The position numbers and the translations under genes were made by a program. The notes below the pieces were generated by a model, which was not told where the DNA came from, made no database searches, and saw only the letters and a list, made by a program, of their open reading frames with translations. From Sphingomonas sp. (GTDB taxonomy: Bacteria > Pseudomonadota > Alphaproteobacteria > Sphingomonadales > Sphingomonadaceae): a stretch of 64,000 bases of DNA. The stretch covers positions 165,967 to 229,966 of the forward strand of contig JBAZXU010000007.1 of assembly GCA_041659705.1 (NCBI GenBank), written 5' to 3'. Positions 1 through 12,226 of the stretch are shown piece by piece. Positions within the stretch are counted from its first letter, which is position 1. Every line of letters starts with the position of its first letter.

Positions 1-1
1 C

Positions 2-1351
2 GATAATGTGCTCATCGGCGTGGTGCCATCTGAAGGAACAAAATCCTATCGCGGGCGGTTGATTGCCTATGATCCGCGGCGCGACCTGGCGCTCATCGAA
101 TTTTCGGGCGCACCGCTGCCTGCACTCACGCTGTTTCCAGGGCCGGTGGCCGATGGTGAGGCGGTGGTGGCGCTTGGCTATCCCGGCAATGTCGATCTGG
201 CCACCGCGCAATCATCGGCCGATTACATCAAGCCGCTAAGCCCGGTGCGCTCGCAAGGTGGCTTTGCCGGGCTGCGCAACCTGACCGGCATCGAGGTGCT
301 GCTGCACACTGCGGGCATCGCGCGCGGCAATTCTGGTGGGCCATTGCTCGATGAGTGCGGCCGGGTGATCGGCGTAAACTCCGCCGTCACCCGCGCGGAG
401 GAGGGCGATTCGTCCTTCGGCTTTGCCATTGCCGATACTGAGCTTGCGGCTTTTCTGCGCGAGGCAAAGCAGCCCTTTGCCACTATCGGCGTACCATGCA
501 CGAGCATTGCCGAGCGGCTGCAACAGGACAAGGCCGCCGAGGAGCAGGAGCAAAGCGCCGCCGCCGCCGCCGCACAAACGGCCAAAGAAGCAGCCCTTGC
601 CCGGCAACAACTCGACCTGGAAAATGCCCGTGCAGAAAGGCAGCGCAGCCGGGAGGATGTTATCGGCCTGGCAGGGTTTGCGCTGGTGCTTGGCGCCATG
701 GGTGTAGGCGGCGGCGCATTGCTGGCAATAACGGGCAGGCGCCGCGGCGCGGCCTTTGCCACAATCGGCGGGGTGCTGATGATGGCGGGCGCAGTGGCGC
801 TGTTCGTTTTCCGCCCCAGCGGACCGGTTGTCGCGCCGGCGCTATCTGCCCCGGCCAACCTTGCCGATTCCGCCGCTGCCAGCACATCTCCGGCAAAGCT
901 GGCCTGTCGTATCATCCCCGAACGCAGCCGCATCAACCTGTCGCTGCCAAACGATGTAACACTCGACTGGGGGCGCGATGGCTGCGCCAACGGTGGCACT
1001 CAATATGCCGAAAATGGCCAAAAATGGGAACGCATCCTTGTTCCCGACCGTGAGCAAACCGTTTCTGTGCTTGAATATAACGCAGCGACCAGCACCTATG
1101 CCAACCGGCGTTATTTGCTGTCGGCCGCGCAAATGGCGGCAGCGCGCAGGCTTCGTGGCACTGTTTCCACAAAAGCTTGCCTCGCGAGCGAGCCAGACAG
1201 GCAAAAACTGGCCGCGCAACAGGCCGCCATTAAAGATGCGCTCCCACCGCAGCCCGATGAATGGCTGATCTACAAATGCGGCTCTGAAAGCGCCTTGCCC
1301 CCGGCGGAGAACGGCGCCGCTACAGGCCAAGCCAAAAAAACGGCACCCTAA
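2..1351 (+). CDS. Trypsin-like serine protease (chymotrypsin fold, DegP-type catalytic domain) with an Ala/Gln-rich linker, two predicted TM helices and a Cys-containing C-terminal domain. The 5' end is cut by the window edge.
   Basis: The frame is open from nt 2, with no stop before the GTG at 8. The catalytic-Ser motif GNSGGPLLD is present, with RDLALIEF and LGYPGN upstream. Hydrophobic stretches are GLAGFALVLGAMGVGGGALLAI and IGGVLMMAGAVALFVF. Stop at 1349-1351. Confidence 0.7.
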   Translation, partial: DNVLIGVVPSEGTKSYRGRLIAYDPRRDLALIEFSGAPLPALTLFPGPVADGEAVVALGYPGNVDLATAQSSADYIKPLSPVRSQGGFAGLRNLTGIEVLLHTAGIARGNSGGPLLDECGRVIGVNSAVTRAEEGDSSFGFAIADTELAAFLREAKQPFATIGVPCTSIAERLQQDKAAEEQEQSAAAAAAQTAKEAALARQQLDLENARAERQRSREDVIGLAGFALVLGAMGVGGGALLAITGRRRGAAFATIGGVLMMAGAVALFVFRPSGPVVAPALSAPANLADSAAASTSPAKLACRIIPERSRINLSLPNDVTLDWGRDGCANGGTQYAENGQKWERILVPDREQTVSVLEYNAATSTYANRRYLLSAAQMAAARRLRGTVSTKACLASEPDRQKLAAQQAAIKDALPPQPDEWLIYKCGSESALPPAENGAATGQAKKTAP

Positions 1352-2244
1352 GGGCGGCTCGCCCAAAACGGCGCAACAACCCGGCCACGGCGGGTCGCAA
1401 CGCCGATGAGCACAGCGCCGGCCATGCCGCACACCAGCACGGCGGGCAAAGACGCCTCGGCGCCAAAGGGGCCGCCCGTCAGCCAATTTGGCCCGGAGAT
1501 GCGCGGGCGCAGCAGCCCTTCTACCGCATTGCCCGACACCGCGATGCCAAACACCCCGCCTTGCGTAAAATTCCACGCAGCATGCAGACCGATTACCGCC
1601 CAGAGCCGCCTGGTCACCATATAGAGCGCGGCCAGCATCACGCCTGCTTCGAGCGCAATCGCCGCGCCGGCAAGCGGCGTGGCATTGTCATTGCCCAGGT
1701 GCAGCGCCCCGAACAAGGCAGCGGACAAGGCCAGCGCAATCCAGCTTCCCAGCCAGCCTTCCACCAGCCGAAAAAACAGGCCGCGCAGCATTATCTCTTC
1801 CACAACCCCCGACAGAATTGAAATGCCGATTATGGGATAAAGCACTGCTGCGGGATGATAGCCGACAATATGATACCCCCCGCCAAGCCAGATCACCCCA
1901 ACCACAGCACAGAACAACCCACCCCCCAGCAACAGCCCGCCGCCAAGCTCCACCGCCCAGCCCTTGTATGAAAATTCGCGCGGAATGCGGTGCTCGATCC
2001 AGCGGTTAAAGCCAATAAACATGCCAATAAACATTGCGGCCACCAGCGCGCCGCGCGCAATTGCTACCGGGCCGCCAGATTCGCCAGGCACATGCCTTAC
2101 AGCCCATGTCGCCACCATGCCGGTGCACCCCGAAGCGATGATCGCCAGCAGTAAAAGCACCGGGGGGAAATGGATGATCCGCCACGTAAACGGCGTTGTG
2201 GCCAAAGCCGGTGCAGTGCTGCGTTTATTTGGATGATCCGTCAT
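1348..2244 (-). CDS. CPBP family (CAAX-protease-like) intramembrane metalloprotease
   Basis: Polytopic membrane protein. It carries the three CPBP motifs: EEIMLRG (EExxxR), FGALH (FxxxH) and HAAWN (HxxxN). Its stop overlaps the stop of the convergent protease gene by 4 nt. Confidence 0.8.
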   Translation of the reverse strand: MTDHPNKRSTAPALATTPFTWRIIHFPPVLLLLAIIASGCTGMVATWAVRHVPGESGGPVAIARGALVAAMFIGMFIGFNRWIEHRIPREFSYKGWAVELGGGLLLGGGLFCAVVGVIWLGGGYHIVGYHPAAVLYPIIGISILSGVVEEIMLRGLFFRLVEGWLGSWIALALSAALFGALHLGNDNATPLAGAAIALEAGVMLAALYMVTRRLWAVIGLHAAWNFTQGGVFGIAVSGNAVEGLLRPRISGPNWLTGGPFGAEASLPAVLVCGMAGAVLIGVATRRGRVVAPFWASRP

Positions 2245-2304
2245 TTACCCTCCCCGTCAGGCAGCAACACTAGCGGACCGGCACCACAAATGGCAATTTT
2301 CGCG

Positions 2305-3336
2305 CTACTCAACCACCCCTTCGCGCCGCCGCAGCTTTTTCTTGCGTTCCAGGCCATAGGCATAGCCACCCATGCTGCCATCTGCACGCTGTGCCCTGTG
2401 GCAGGGGATGACGACCGCGAGATGGTTTGCCCCGCATGCTGAGCCCGCAGCCCTAACCGCCCGCGCATTGCCCGCCGCCGCCGCCAGTTCGGTGTAGCTG
2501 CGCGTTTCTCCCGCCGGAATGGCGCAAAGCGCCTGCCACACCGCTTCTTGAAATGCGCTGCCACGCACATCGAGCGGCAGGTCATGGTCGCGCTCGGGCG
2601 ATTCAACCGCAGCAACCACGCGCGCGGCCAGTGCGGCGAGCGCCTCTCCTCCCGGTGCGATTTCAGCCTTGGGAAAACGGGCGCGCAGTGCGGCTGCATC
2701 CTCATCAAACGACACGCGGCACAGGCCCTTGCCGGTCGCAGCAATCAGCAAGGGGCCAAGGCTTGTCGTGGCGATGACCCAGCGAATGCAAACACCCGCC
2801 CCCCCTTTGCGCCAGGCGCTTGGCGCCATGCCCATTCGCGCGGGCGCGCTTTCGTAAAAGCGGCTCGGCGCGCCATATCCTGCCGCATAAATCGCCTCGG
2901 TCACACTCATCTCCGCTGTCAGCGCGTCAGCGGCCAGGCGCGCCTTGCGGGCGCGGGCATAGGCAGCCGGTGTAACGCCGGTTGCCCTTTTGAACAGCCG
3001 GTGAAAATGATGCGGTGCATATCCCACTGCGGCAGCAAGCGCGGGCAGGGCAATATCTTCGTCTGCGTGCTCGATCATCGCCGCCGCACGGGCAACCGCC
3101 ACCCGGTCGCGCGCCACCTCGTCGGGCCTGCACCGCAAACAGGGACGAAAGCCGGCCGCCTGCGCCGCCGCGCCATTGGGGTAGAAGCGCACATTTTCCC
3201 GCTTTGGGTGGCGCGCGGGGCAACTTGGCTTGCAGTAAATACCCGTTGTCAGCACCGCGCCGACAAAATGACCGTCGAGCGCGCGGTCACGCGCTTCAAA
3301 CGCTGTCCAGGCGGCATCTTCATCCATCACGGTCAT
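2305..3336 (-). CDS. ada: Ada-type bifunctional regulator / methylated-DNA--protein-cysteine methyltransferase
   Basis: There is an N-terminal Cys-rich Ada zinc domain (YCKPSCPARHPKRENVRFY ... CLRC), then an AraC-type HTH (HHFHRLFKRATGVTP), then a C-terminal MGMT active site IPCHRA. I prefer the ATG at 3334-3336 (MTVMDED) because it forms an ATGA overlap with the stop of the upstream gene. Confidence 0.85.
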   Translation of the reverse strand: MTVMDEDAAWTAFEARDRALDGHFVGAVLTTGIYCKPSCPARHPKRENVRFYPNGAAAQAAGFRPCLRCRPDEVARDRVAVARAAAMIEHADEDIALPALAAAVGYAPHHFHRLFKRATGVTPAAYARARKARLAADALTAEMSVTEAIYAAGYGAPSRFYESAPARMGMAPSAWRKGGAGVCIRWVIATTSLGPLLIAATGKGLCRVSFDEDAAALRARFPKAEIAPGGEALAALAARVVAAVESPERDHDLPLDVRGSAFQEAVWQALCAIPAGETRSYTELAAAAGNARAVRAAGSACGANHLAVVIPCHRAQRADGSMGGYAYGLERKKKLRRREGVVE

Positions 3337-3800
3337 TCCCGGTCGATCCGCGCAGAAAAACATCCATGGGCGGCGTTGTGCGCATGGATATAGGCAATAT
3401 CAGCCTGCTCGAACAGCGAGCGGATTTTTGCGTCCGCCTGCCCCGGCAGCGCAAGAGCCGCCGCCTTCAGCATCGCATCTGCACCAAAACCGCGCAGGGC
3501 GATTGGCCGACCATCAAACACCGGCGGTGTGCAATTATGAAACGTTGCCGGCAAGCCCGCCGCCGCGCGCACATAAATCGCATAGGCTGAGCGATAAGGC
3601 GTCGCCACGTTATGGCTGACATGATGTACAAGGAACAAGGTTTCACCCGGCGTGGCATCTTCAAGGCTGATTCTGCACGGATATGCCAGCCCATCAAGCG
3701 CGGTGATGCGCATGGCGCCTTTTGCGGCAAGTGCGGCATCATCAAGCCGGGCAAGCCCGGCAAATGGCTCTGGCGCAAGCCCGGTGATTCTATAGGCCAT
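3333..3800 (-). CDS. DUF1203-like protein of unknown function
   Basis: I start the ORF at MAYRITGLAPEPF (ATG 3798-3800). The 45 upstream codons of the tracked ORF are Arg-rich and look non-coding. The family assignment is from memory of DUF1203 N-termini and is not verified. Confidence 0.6.
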   Translation of the reverse strand: MAYRITGLAPEPFAGLARLDDAALAAKGAMRITALDGLAYPCRISLEDATPGETLFLVHHVSHNVATPYRSAYAIYVRAAAGLPATFHNCTPPVFDGRPIALRGFGADAMLKAAALALPGQADAKIRSLFEQADIAYIHAHNAAHGCFSARIDRE

Positions 3801-4082
3801 GGTTAATCTCCGCTGCTGATGCAGCAGCAATAGCGCGCGCCTTGCCCTGCGCCTCCCGGTGGTTGCGCTCAAACCGGAGCGATGGCCTGTGCAGGATTTT
3901 TGGCACCGGCCCGCCATCATCGCGCCATTCGCCATGACATATGTTACGGCCCATTGCAGCAGGCGGGTTGCATCCGCGTTTCACCGATGCTAGCAGCCCC
4001 GGCAACCCAAGCACGGGGCCCGGTTTAGTGGCCCTGTTCGCGCATGGGGCCAAATTTCCTTCGCTTAAAGGATTTCAATCGC

Positions 4083-4664
4083 GTGGAGACATCCGGCGGG
4101 ACTAGTGGCGGTAACGCAAGCGGCAGCATCCAGGCGAGCCTTGCCGGGCGTTATGCGACGGCGTTGTTCGATCTGGCGCGCGATGCGAAGTTGATCGATT
4201 CGGTAGAGGCGAGCCTTGCTGCGATTCGCGCTGCGCTTAACGAATCAGTGGAATTTGCCCGGCTCGCCGCCAGCCCTCTTGTCTCGCGGCGCGACGCGGC
4301 CAGGGCGGTAGCAGCAATCGCCCCTGTGCTGAAACTCGACCCGACGACGACAAAGTTTCTCGGTGTGCTGGCTGAAAACCGCCGGCTTGGCCAGTTGCCG
4401 CAAATTATCCGCGCTTTTCGCGCGCTTGCCGCCGATTTTCGTGGCGAGACAACGGCGGAAGTGACCTCGGCGCACCCGCTTGACGCTGATCAGGTCGCCG
4501 CGCTGAAGCAGTCGCTGCGCCAGCGTATTGGCCGCGATGTTTCGGTTGATCTGTCGGTTGACCCTTCTTTGCTGGGCGGGCTTGTTGTCCGCATCGGCAG
4601 CCAAATGATCGATAGCTCGATCAAAACCCGTTTGAACTCCCTCGCGCACGCAATGAAAGGCTGA
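4083..4664 (+). CDS. atpH: F1 ATP synthase subunit delta (OSCP)
   Basis: IQASLAGRYATALFDLA is a typical OSCP N-terminus. The gene sits directly upstream of atpA. The start is uncertain: I prefer the GTG at 4083 with AAAGGA 9 nt upstream, but the ORF is open from 4044. Confidence 0.85.
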   Translation: METSGGTSGGNASGSIQASLAGRYATALFDLARDAKLIDSVEASLAAIRAALNESVEFARLAASPLVSRRDAARAVAAIAPVLKLDPTTTKFLGVLAENRRLGQLPQIIRAFRALAADFRGETTAEVTSAHPLDADQVAALKQSLRQRIGRDVSVDLSVDPSLLGGLVVRIGSQMIDSSIKTRLNSLAHAMKG

Positions 4665-6224
<1,560 letters not shown>

Positions 6225-6254
6225 CGCCCAACCCACCGTAGAATCGGACGCTAG

Positions 6255-7130
6255 ATGGCAAGTCTGAAGGCCCTCAAGATCCGCATCGGCTCGGTCAAGT
6301 CGACGCAGAAGATCACCAAGGCGATGAAAACAGTCGCCGCCGCCAAGCTACGCCGCGCGCAGGAAGCGGCGGTGGCTGCGCGCCCCTATGCTCAGCGGCT
6401 TGAAGCCGTGATGGCGAACCTGGCGTCGAAGGTCACCGTCAGCGCTTCTTCCCCGCGGCTGCTGGTCGGTACGGGCAAAGATCAAGTGCACCTGCTCGTC
6501 GTTGCAACTTCTGAACGCGGGCTGGCTGGTGGTTTCAACACCAACATCGTTCGCCTTGCCCGCCGCACGGCCGACGATCTCATCGCACAGGGAAAAACCG
6601 TGCGTTTTTACCTTGCAGGCCGCAAGGCACGGGTGCTGAACCGTTTTTACCCCAACCTCATTCATTATGACCGCGACATGAGCGATGCGCGCAACCCCGG
6701 TTTCGTTCACGCACACGCGCTTGCCGGTGATCTTATCTCCCGGTATGAGGCGGGCGAATTTGATGTAGCGCATCTGTTCTACTCAAATTTCCGCTCCGCG
6801 CTGGTACAAGAGCCGGTGGCACAGCAGATCATTCCCGTTCCACTACCAGCACCGGGCGCGCTATCGGCGGGCCTTGCCGCGGTTGAATATGAACCCGATG
6901 AGGAAGCTATTCTGGCCGAGCTGCTGCCGCGCAACATCGCAATTCAGCTTTACGGCGCTATGCTGGAAAACAATGCCGGCTTTTATGGCGCGCAAATGAC
7001 CGCGATGGACAATGCAACGCGCAACGCAGGCGACATGATCAACCGCCTGACCATTCAATATAACCGCACCCGCCAAGCCGCGATTACAACGGAACTGGTG
7101 GAAATTATTTCGGGCGCGGAAGCGCTTTAA
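6255..7130 (+). CDS. atpG: F1 ATP synthase subunit gamma
   Basis: [37 protein letters not shown]-terminus and [16 protein letters not shown]-terminus, both hallmark gamma sequences. Confidence 0.95.
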   Translation: MASLKALKIRIGSVKSTQKITKAMKTVAAAKLRRAQEAAVAARPYAQRLEAVMANLASKVTVSASSPRLLVGTGKDQVHLLVVATSERGLAGGFNTNIVRLARRTADDLIAQGKTVRFYLAGRKARVLNRFYPNLIHYDRDMSDARNPGFVHAHALAGDLISRYEAGEFDVAHLFYSNFRSALVQEPVAQQIIPVPLPAPGALSAGLAAVEYEPDEEAILAELLPRNIAIQLYGAMLENNAGFYGAQMTAMDNATRNAGDMINRLTIQYNRTRQAAITTELVEIISGAEAL

Positions 7131-8633
<1,503 letters not shown>

Positions 8634-8687
8634 GTCTATTCCCTTCGCGCGGGGCCCCATGGCACGCGCGAAGGACAAGGAACGCAC

Positions 8688-8939
8688 ATGCTCCACTTTG
8701 AACTTGTAACACCAGAAAAGCTCGTCCGCTCCGAGGACGTGTACATGGTTGTCGTTCCCGGCAACGAGGGCGATTTTGGCGTGCTGGGCGGTCATGCCCC
8801 CGTCATGTCCACCATTCGTGATGGCGCGCTGCACATTTACAAAACCGACAAGGGTGAGCCGGAAATGCTCACCATCAAAGGCGGTCTGGCGCAAGTAAGT
8901 GAACGCGGGCTAACCATCCTTGCTGAGCAGGCTGGCTGA
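8688..8939 (+). CDS. atpC: F1 ATP synthase subunit epsilon, short form with the beta-sandwich domain only
   Basis: [13 protein letters not shown]...[16 protein letters not shown]...GGLAQV...LTILAE matches the epsilon N-terminal domain. The ORF stops after 83 aa. Confidence 0.85.
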   Translation: MLHFELVTPEKLVRSEDVYMVVVPGNEGDFGVLGGHAPVMSTIRDGALHIYKTDKGEPEMLTIKGGLAQVSERGLTILAEQAG

Positions 8940-9088
8940 GGTTTTTGCCGGTAGTATGCTGACCGGGCGTGTAGTTTGCGCGGGCGGCGAGCGGTTTATT
9001 GCTGAACGCCGTTTTTCAATCCTAAGTTAATCAAACGTCAAACCTTGGGGGTTACGTCTTTGGGCGTGAGCATCAAGGTAATGATAGC

Positions 9089-10624
9089 ATGAGTGCGTTT
9101 GGACGTCGTAACGGGCCCGGAGGCGGTGCACCTGCCCGCCCGGCATTTGGCGTTGCCCGGCCAATGCAGGGCGGCGGCGCCCGCCCCGTCGAGACCGACA
9201 ATGCCGAGCAGTTTCCACCGATTACACCCTCTGCGCTCACCTCGCTTGGAGCCACTGGCGATGTTGATGGCGCTATGCCCGCCATTGCACTTGATGCCAT
9301 GCAACGGCTGGCCGAGCGCCAGGCCGCCTCCGGCGATGCGGGCCAATCGAAGATGGAGGGCTTTGAAAGCTCCATCCACAAGATCAAGGAACAGGTGCTT
9401 CCACGCCTGCTTGAGCGGGTTGACCCTGAAGCCGCCGCGACACTCAACAAAGATGAACTGGCTGAGGAATTCCGCCCCATCATCGGCGAAGTACTGGCCG
9501 AGCTTAAGCTGACACTCAACCGGCGCGAGCAATTTGCGCTGGAAAAAGTGCTGGTCGACGAATTGCTGGGACTTGGCCCGCTCGAAGAGCTGCTGAGCGA
9601 CCCCAATATTTCGGACATCATGGTCAATGGCCCGGAGCAGACCTTTATCGAGCGCAAGGGCAAGCTGGAGCTGGCCAATATCCAGTTTCGCGATGAGGAA
9701 CATCTTTTCCAAATCGCCCAACGCATCTGCAACTCGGTGGGCCGCCGGGTCGACCAGACCACACCGCTCGCCGACGCCCGCCTGAAAGACGGCAGCCGCG
9801 TCAACGTGATTGTGCCGCCGCTTTCGCTGCGCGGCACGGCCATTTCCATTCGTAAATTTTCCGACAAGCCCATTACGCTCGACATGATGGCGGGCTTTGG
9901 TTCGATGAGCGCGAAAATGGCCACCGCGCTGAAGATTGCGGGCGCGTGCCGGTTCAACATCGTCATTTCGGGCGGCACGGGTTCGGGCAAGACGACAATG
10001 CTCAACGCCATCTCCAAGATGATCGATCCTGGCGAGCGCGTGCTGACGATTGAAGACGCGGCCGAACTGCGCCTGCAACAGCCCCACTGGCTGCCGCTGG
10101 AAACCCGCCCGCCTAATCTTGAAGGTCAGGGCGAAATTTCCATCCGCGATCTTGTGAAAAACGCGCTGCGTATGCGGCCGGACCGGATCATCCTGGGCGA
10201 AATTCGCGGTAGCGAGTGTTTTGATCTGCTGGCGGCCATGAACACCGGCCATGATGGATCAATGGCCACGCTCCACTCCAACTCGCCGCGAGAATGCCTG
10301 GCGCGTATGGAAAACATGGTGATGATGTCCGACATCAAAGTACCCAAAGAAGCCATCAGTCGCCAGATCGCCGATTCGGTAGATTTGATCGTGCAGGTAA
10401 AGCGCCTGCGCGATGGCTCGCGCCGGGTAACGAACATTACCGAGGTAATCGGCATGGAAGGCCCGGTCATCGTGACGCAGGAACTGTTCAAATTCGAATA
10501 TCTTGACGAAAGCGCCGATGGCAAGATTATCGGTGAATATCGCTCCATGGGCCTGCGCCCATATACACTTGAAAAAGCACGGCAATATGGCTTTGATCAG
10601 GCCTATTTGGAGGCAACCCTCTAA
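9089..10624 (+). CDS. CpaF/TadA-family type II/IV secretion ATPase (orphan)
   Basis: Walker A GGTGSGKTT. IILGEIRG (Walker B region) and NTGHDGSMATLHSNS (His box) are present. The N-terminal region is low-complexity and Gly/Ala-rich. No other tad/cpa genes lie in the window. Confidence 0.9.
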   Translation: MSAFGRRNGPGGGAPARPAFGVARPMQGGGARPVETDNAEQFPPITPSALTSLGATGDVDGAMPAIALDAMQRLAERQAASGDAGQSKMEGFESSIHKIKEQVLPRLLERVDPEAAATLNKDELAEEFRPIIGEVLAELKLTLNRREQFALEKVLVDELLGLGPLEELLSDPNISDIMVNGPEQTFIERKGKLELANIQFRDEEHLFQIAQRICNSVGRRVDQTTPLADARLKDGSRVNVIVPPLSLRGTAISIRKFSDKPITLDMMAGFGSMSAKMATALKIAGACRFNIVISGGTGSGKTTMLNAISKMIDPGERVLTIEDAAELRLQQPHWLPLETRPPNLEGQGEISIRDLVKNALRMRPDRIILGEIRGSECFDLLAAMNTGHDGSMATLHSNSPRECLARMENMVMMSDIKVPKEAISRQIADSVDLIVQVKRLRDGSRRVTNITEVIGMEGPVIVTQELFKFEYLDESADGKIIGEYRSMGLRPYTLEKARQYGFDQAYLEATL

Positions 10625-10708
10625 TATTTGGCGCCATGGGGATGGCCCCATAGCGGCGGCGCCGCGCAAGGCGGGCTCAATATACCAGTAGTTGCATATC
10701 GCCCTTTG

Positions 10709-11935
10709 ATGCTTACCACCAAAACCGCCATGCGCGCGTTGATAATCCTTGCCCTGTTGCCGCCAGTCGCCGCTTTGCCAGCGGATGTGCTTTCGGGTCA
10801 GGCAGAGGCCGTGCGGCACCAGCCTGCTCTTTCCGCGCCTGACAAAGCCGGGCAACACTGGCACCCTTTTACGCTGACGCCGGGCAACCAGATTCGTTTT
10901 GCCATGTCGATAAACGGGCAGCCGGCATCGGCACTGCTCGACACCGGCGCCAGCCGATCGGTGTTGGCGCGCCATTATGCCCAAAGCATTGGCCTGAAGG
11001 TGCACGCCGATGGCCGGGCAACCGCGGTGGGTGGCACGGTGGCCATTGGCCGGGCCACGCTTGGCAGCATGGCATTGGCCGGAGTGTCGCGGCGCGGGGG
11101 CGGCATCACCATCGCCGATCTTCCCGCCATCGCCACCGGCAACGGCGCACCGGTGGATGCACTGATCGGGCAGGACATTATTGGCGAATATGCGCTTGAT
11201 ATCGATTTTGAGCGCAAGGCGCTGCGCCTGTTGCCTTCGGGCCACCTGCCATTTGCAGGCGAGGTTGCGCCGCTGGCCGTTCCGCCAGCGCTTGGTGTTT
11301 ATGCCAGCACCGCGACTATCGGTGAATATCTACTCCAGCCAATGGTCGTCGACACGGGCGACGGCGCCAGCATCACCCTCTCACGCGCAAGCTGGACGGC
11401 GACCAAAGCTGCACCGCAGATGCACATCACCACCGCGATCGGCTTTGGCCTTGGCGGCAAGCTGGTAAGCGAGTTGGCCATTTTGCCTGTTATAACAATC
11501 GGCGCGTTGGCAGCGCGCAATGTTGAGGTGCGAATCGAGTCCGAGGCCGGGTTTTCGCAGTCTATTGGTGCCGCCGGGCGAATTGGCACCGGCTTCTTGC
11601 AACGATATCGCGTGCTGCTTGATCCACGCGCGGGGCGCATGGTGCTGGCGGCAACTGCGCGCACGGCCGACCCGGTACTGCGCTCGACAAGCGGTGTCCT
11701 GCTTGGGGTGGAACCGGGGCGGCTGCGCATTCTGCACGTAATGCGCGGTGGCCCTGCCGAGCGGGCCGGATGGCGTGAGGGCGAGTTGATCTGTACCGTC
11801 GATGGCGCACCCATTCGGGCTGATTATGCCAGCAGCGCGCTGGCGGACTGGTCTGTCGGCGCGCCGGGCCGCGCGGTGTCGCTCGGCTTTTGCGACGGCG
11901 CCATCCGCCGGTTGACGCTCAGCCAGTTTTACTAA
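10709..11935 (+). CDS. Secreted retropepsin-like aspartic protease (two D-T-G lobes) with a C-terminal PDZ domain
   Basis: Signal-like N-terminus MLTTKTAMRALIILALLPPVAALPA. There are two aspartic protease signatures, LLDTGASRSVL and VVDTGDGASITL. The C-terminal segment GRLRILHVMRGGPAERAGWREGELICTVDG is PDZ-like. The start is chosen at the first Met before the signal peptide. Confidence 0.75.
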   Translation: MLTTKTAMRALIILALLPPVAALPADVLSGQAEAVRHQPALSAPDKAGQHWHPFTLTPGNQIRFAMSINGQPASALLDTGASRSVLARHYAQSIGLKVHADGRATAVGGTVAIGRATLGSMALAGVSRRGGGITIADLPAIATGNGAPVDALIGQDIIGEYALDIDFERKALRLLPSGHLPFAGEVAPLAVPPALGVYASTATIGEYLLQPMVVDTGDGASITLSRASWTATKAAPQMHITTAIGFGLGGKLVSELAILPVITIGALAARNVEVRIESEAGFSQSIGAAGRIGTGFLQRYRVLLDPRAGRMVLAATARTADPVLRSTSGVLLGVEPGRLRILHVMRGGPAERAGWREGELICTVDGAPIRADYASSALADWSVGAPGRAVSLGFCDGAIRRLTLSQFY

Positions 11936-11973
11936 GCGCCGCGGCAAGCGGGCACGGGTGCTGGACAAAAAAC

Positions 11974-12159
11974 TCAGTGATTGAGCGCAAGGCTTGCCAA
12001 TATCATCACCGCCAGCAGCGAAAAAAGCTGCACGGAGCGCCAGTCTATCAGCCCGACCCGGTCAAGATCACGCCGCCGGACGCGCGCCCAATCTCGCCAA
12101 CCGCTGAACAACGCCAGCGCCAGCGCCGCGCCGCATCCTGCCCAAAGCCCCGCTTGCAT
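11974..12159 (-). CDS. Small two-TM membrane protein (61 aa), unknown function
   Basis: The ATG at 12157-12159 is preceded by GGAGAGG (reverse complement of 12162-12169). There are two hydrophobic segments, GLWAGCGAALALALFSG and LFSLLAVMILASLAL. It fills an otherwise empty 290-nt gap. Confidence 0.4.
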   Translation of the reverse strand: MQAGLWAGCGAALALALFSGWRDWARVRRRDLDRVGLIDWRSVQLFSLLAVMILASLALNH

Positions 12160-12226
12160 CACCTCTCCATGCGCGGCAAAAGGGCCACGCTCAACCAACC
12201 TGCCCTACTTCCCCCAAGGAGCCACC

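Noticed and set aside
8937-9088. Frameshifted remainder of atpC (a missing C-terminal helical domain in another frame)
   Set aside because: Hand translation of the two alternative frames downstream of the stop gives only short peptides ending within about 30 codons, with no epsilon-like helical sequence. The short form is therefore reported as a finding, not as a pseudogene.
9038-10252. Long minus-strand ORFs (404 aa and 314 aa) antisense to the CpaF-family gene
   Set aside because: They are Arg/Ala/Gly-rich with no recognisable motif. They fully overlap a gene that has unambiguous Walker and His-box motifs. This is the typical shadow ORF of high-GC DNA.
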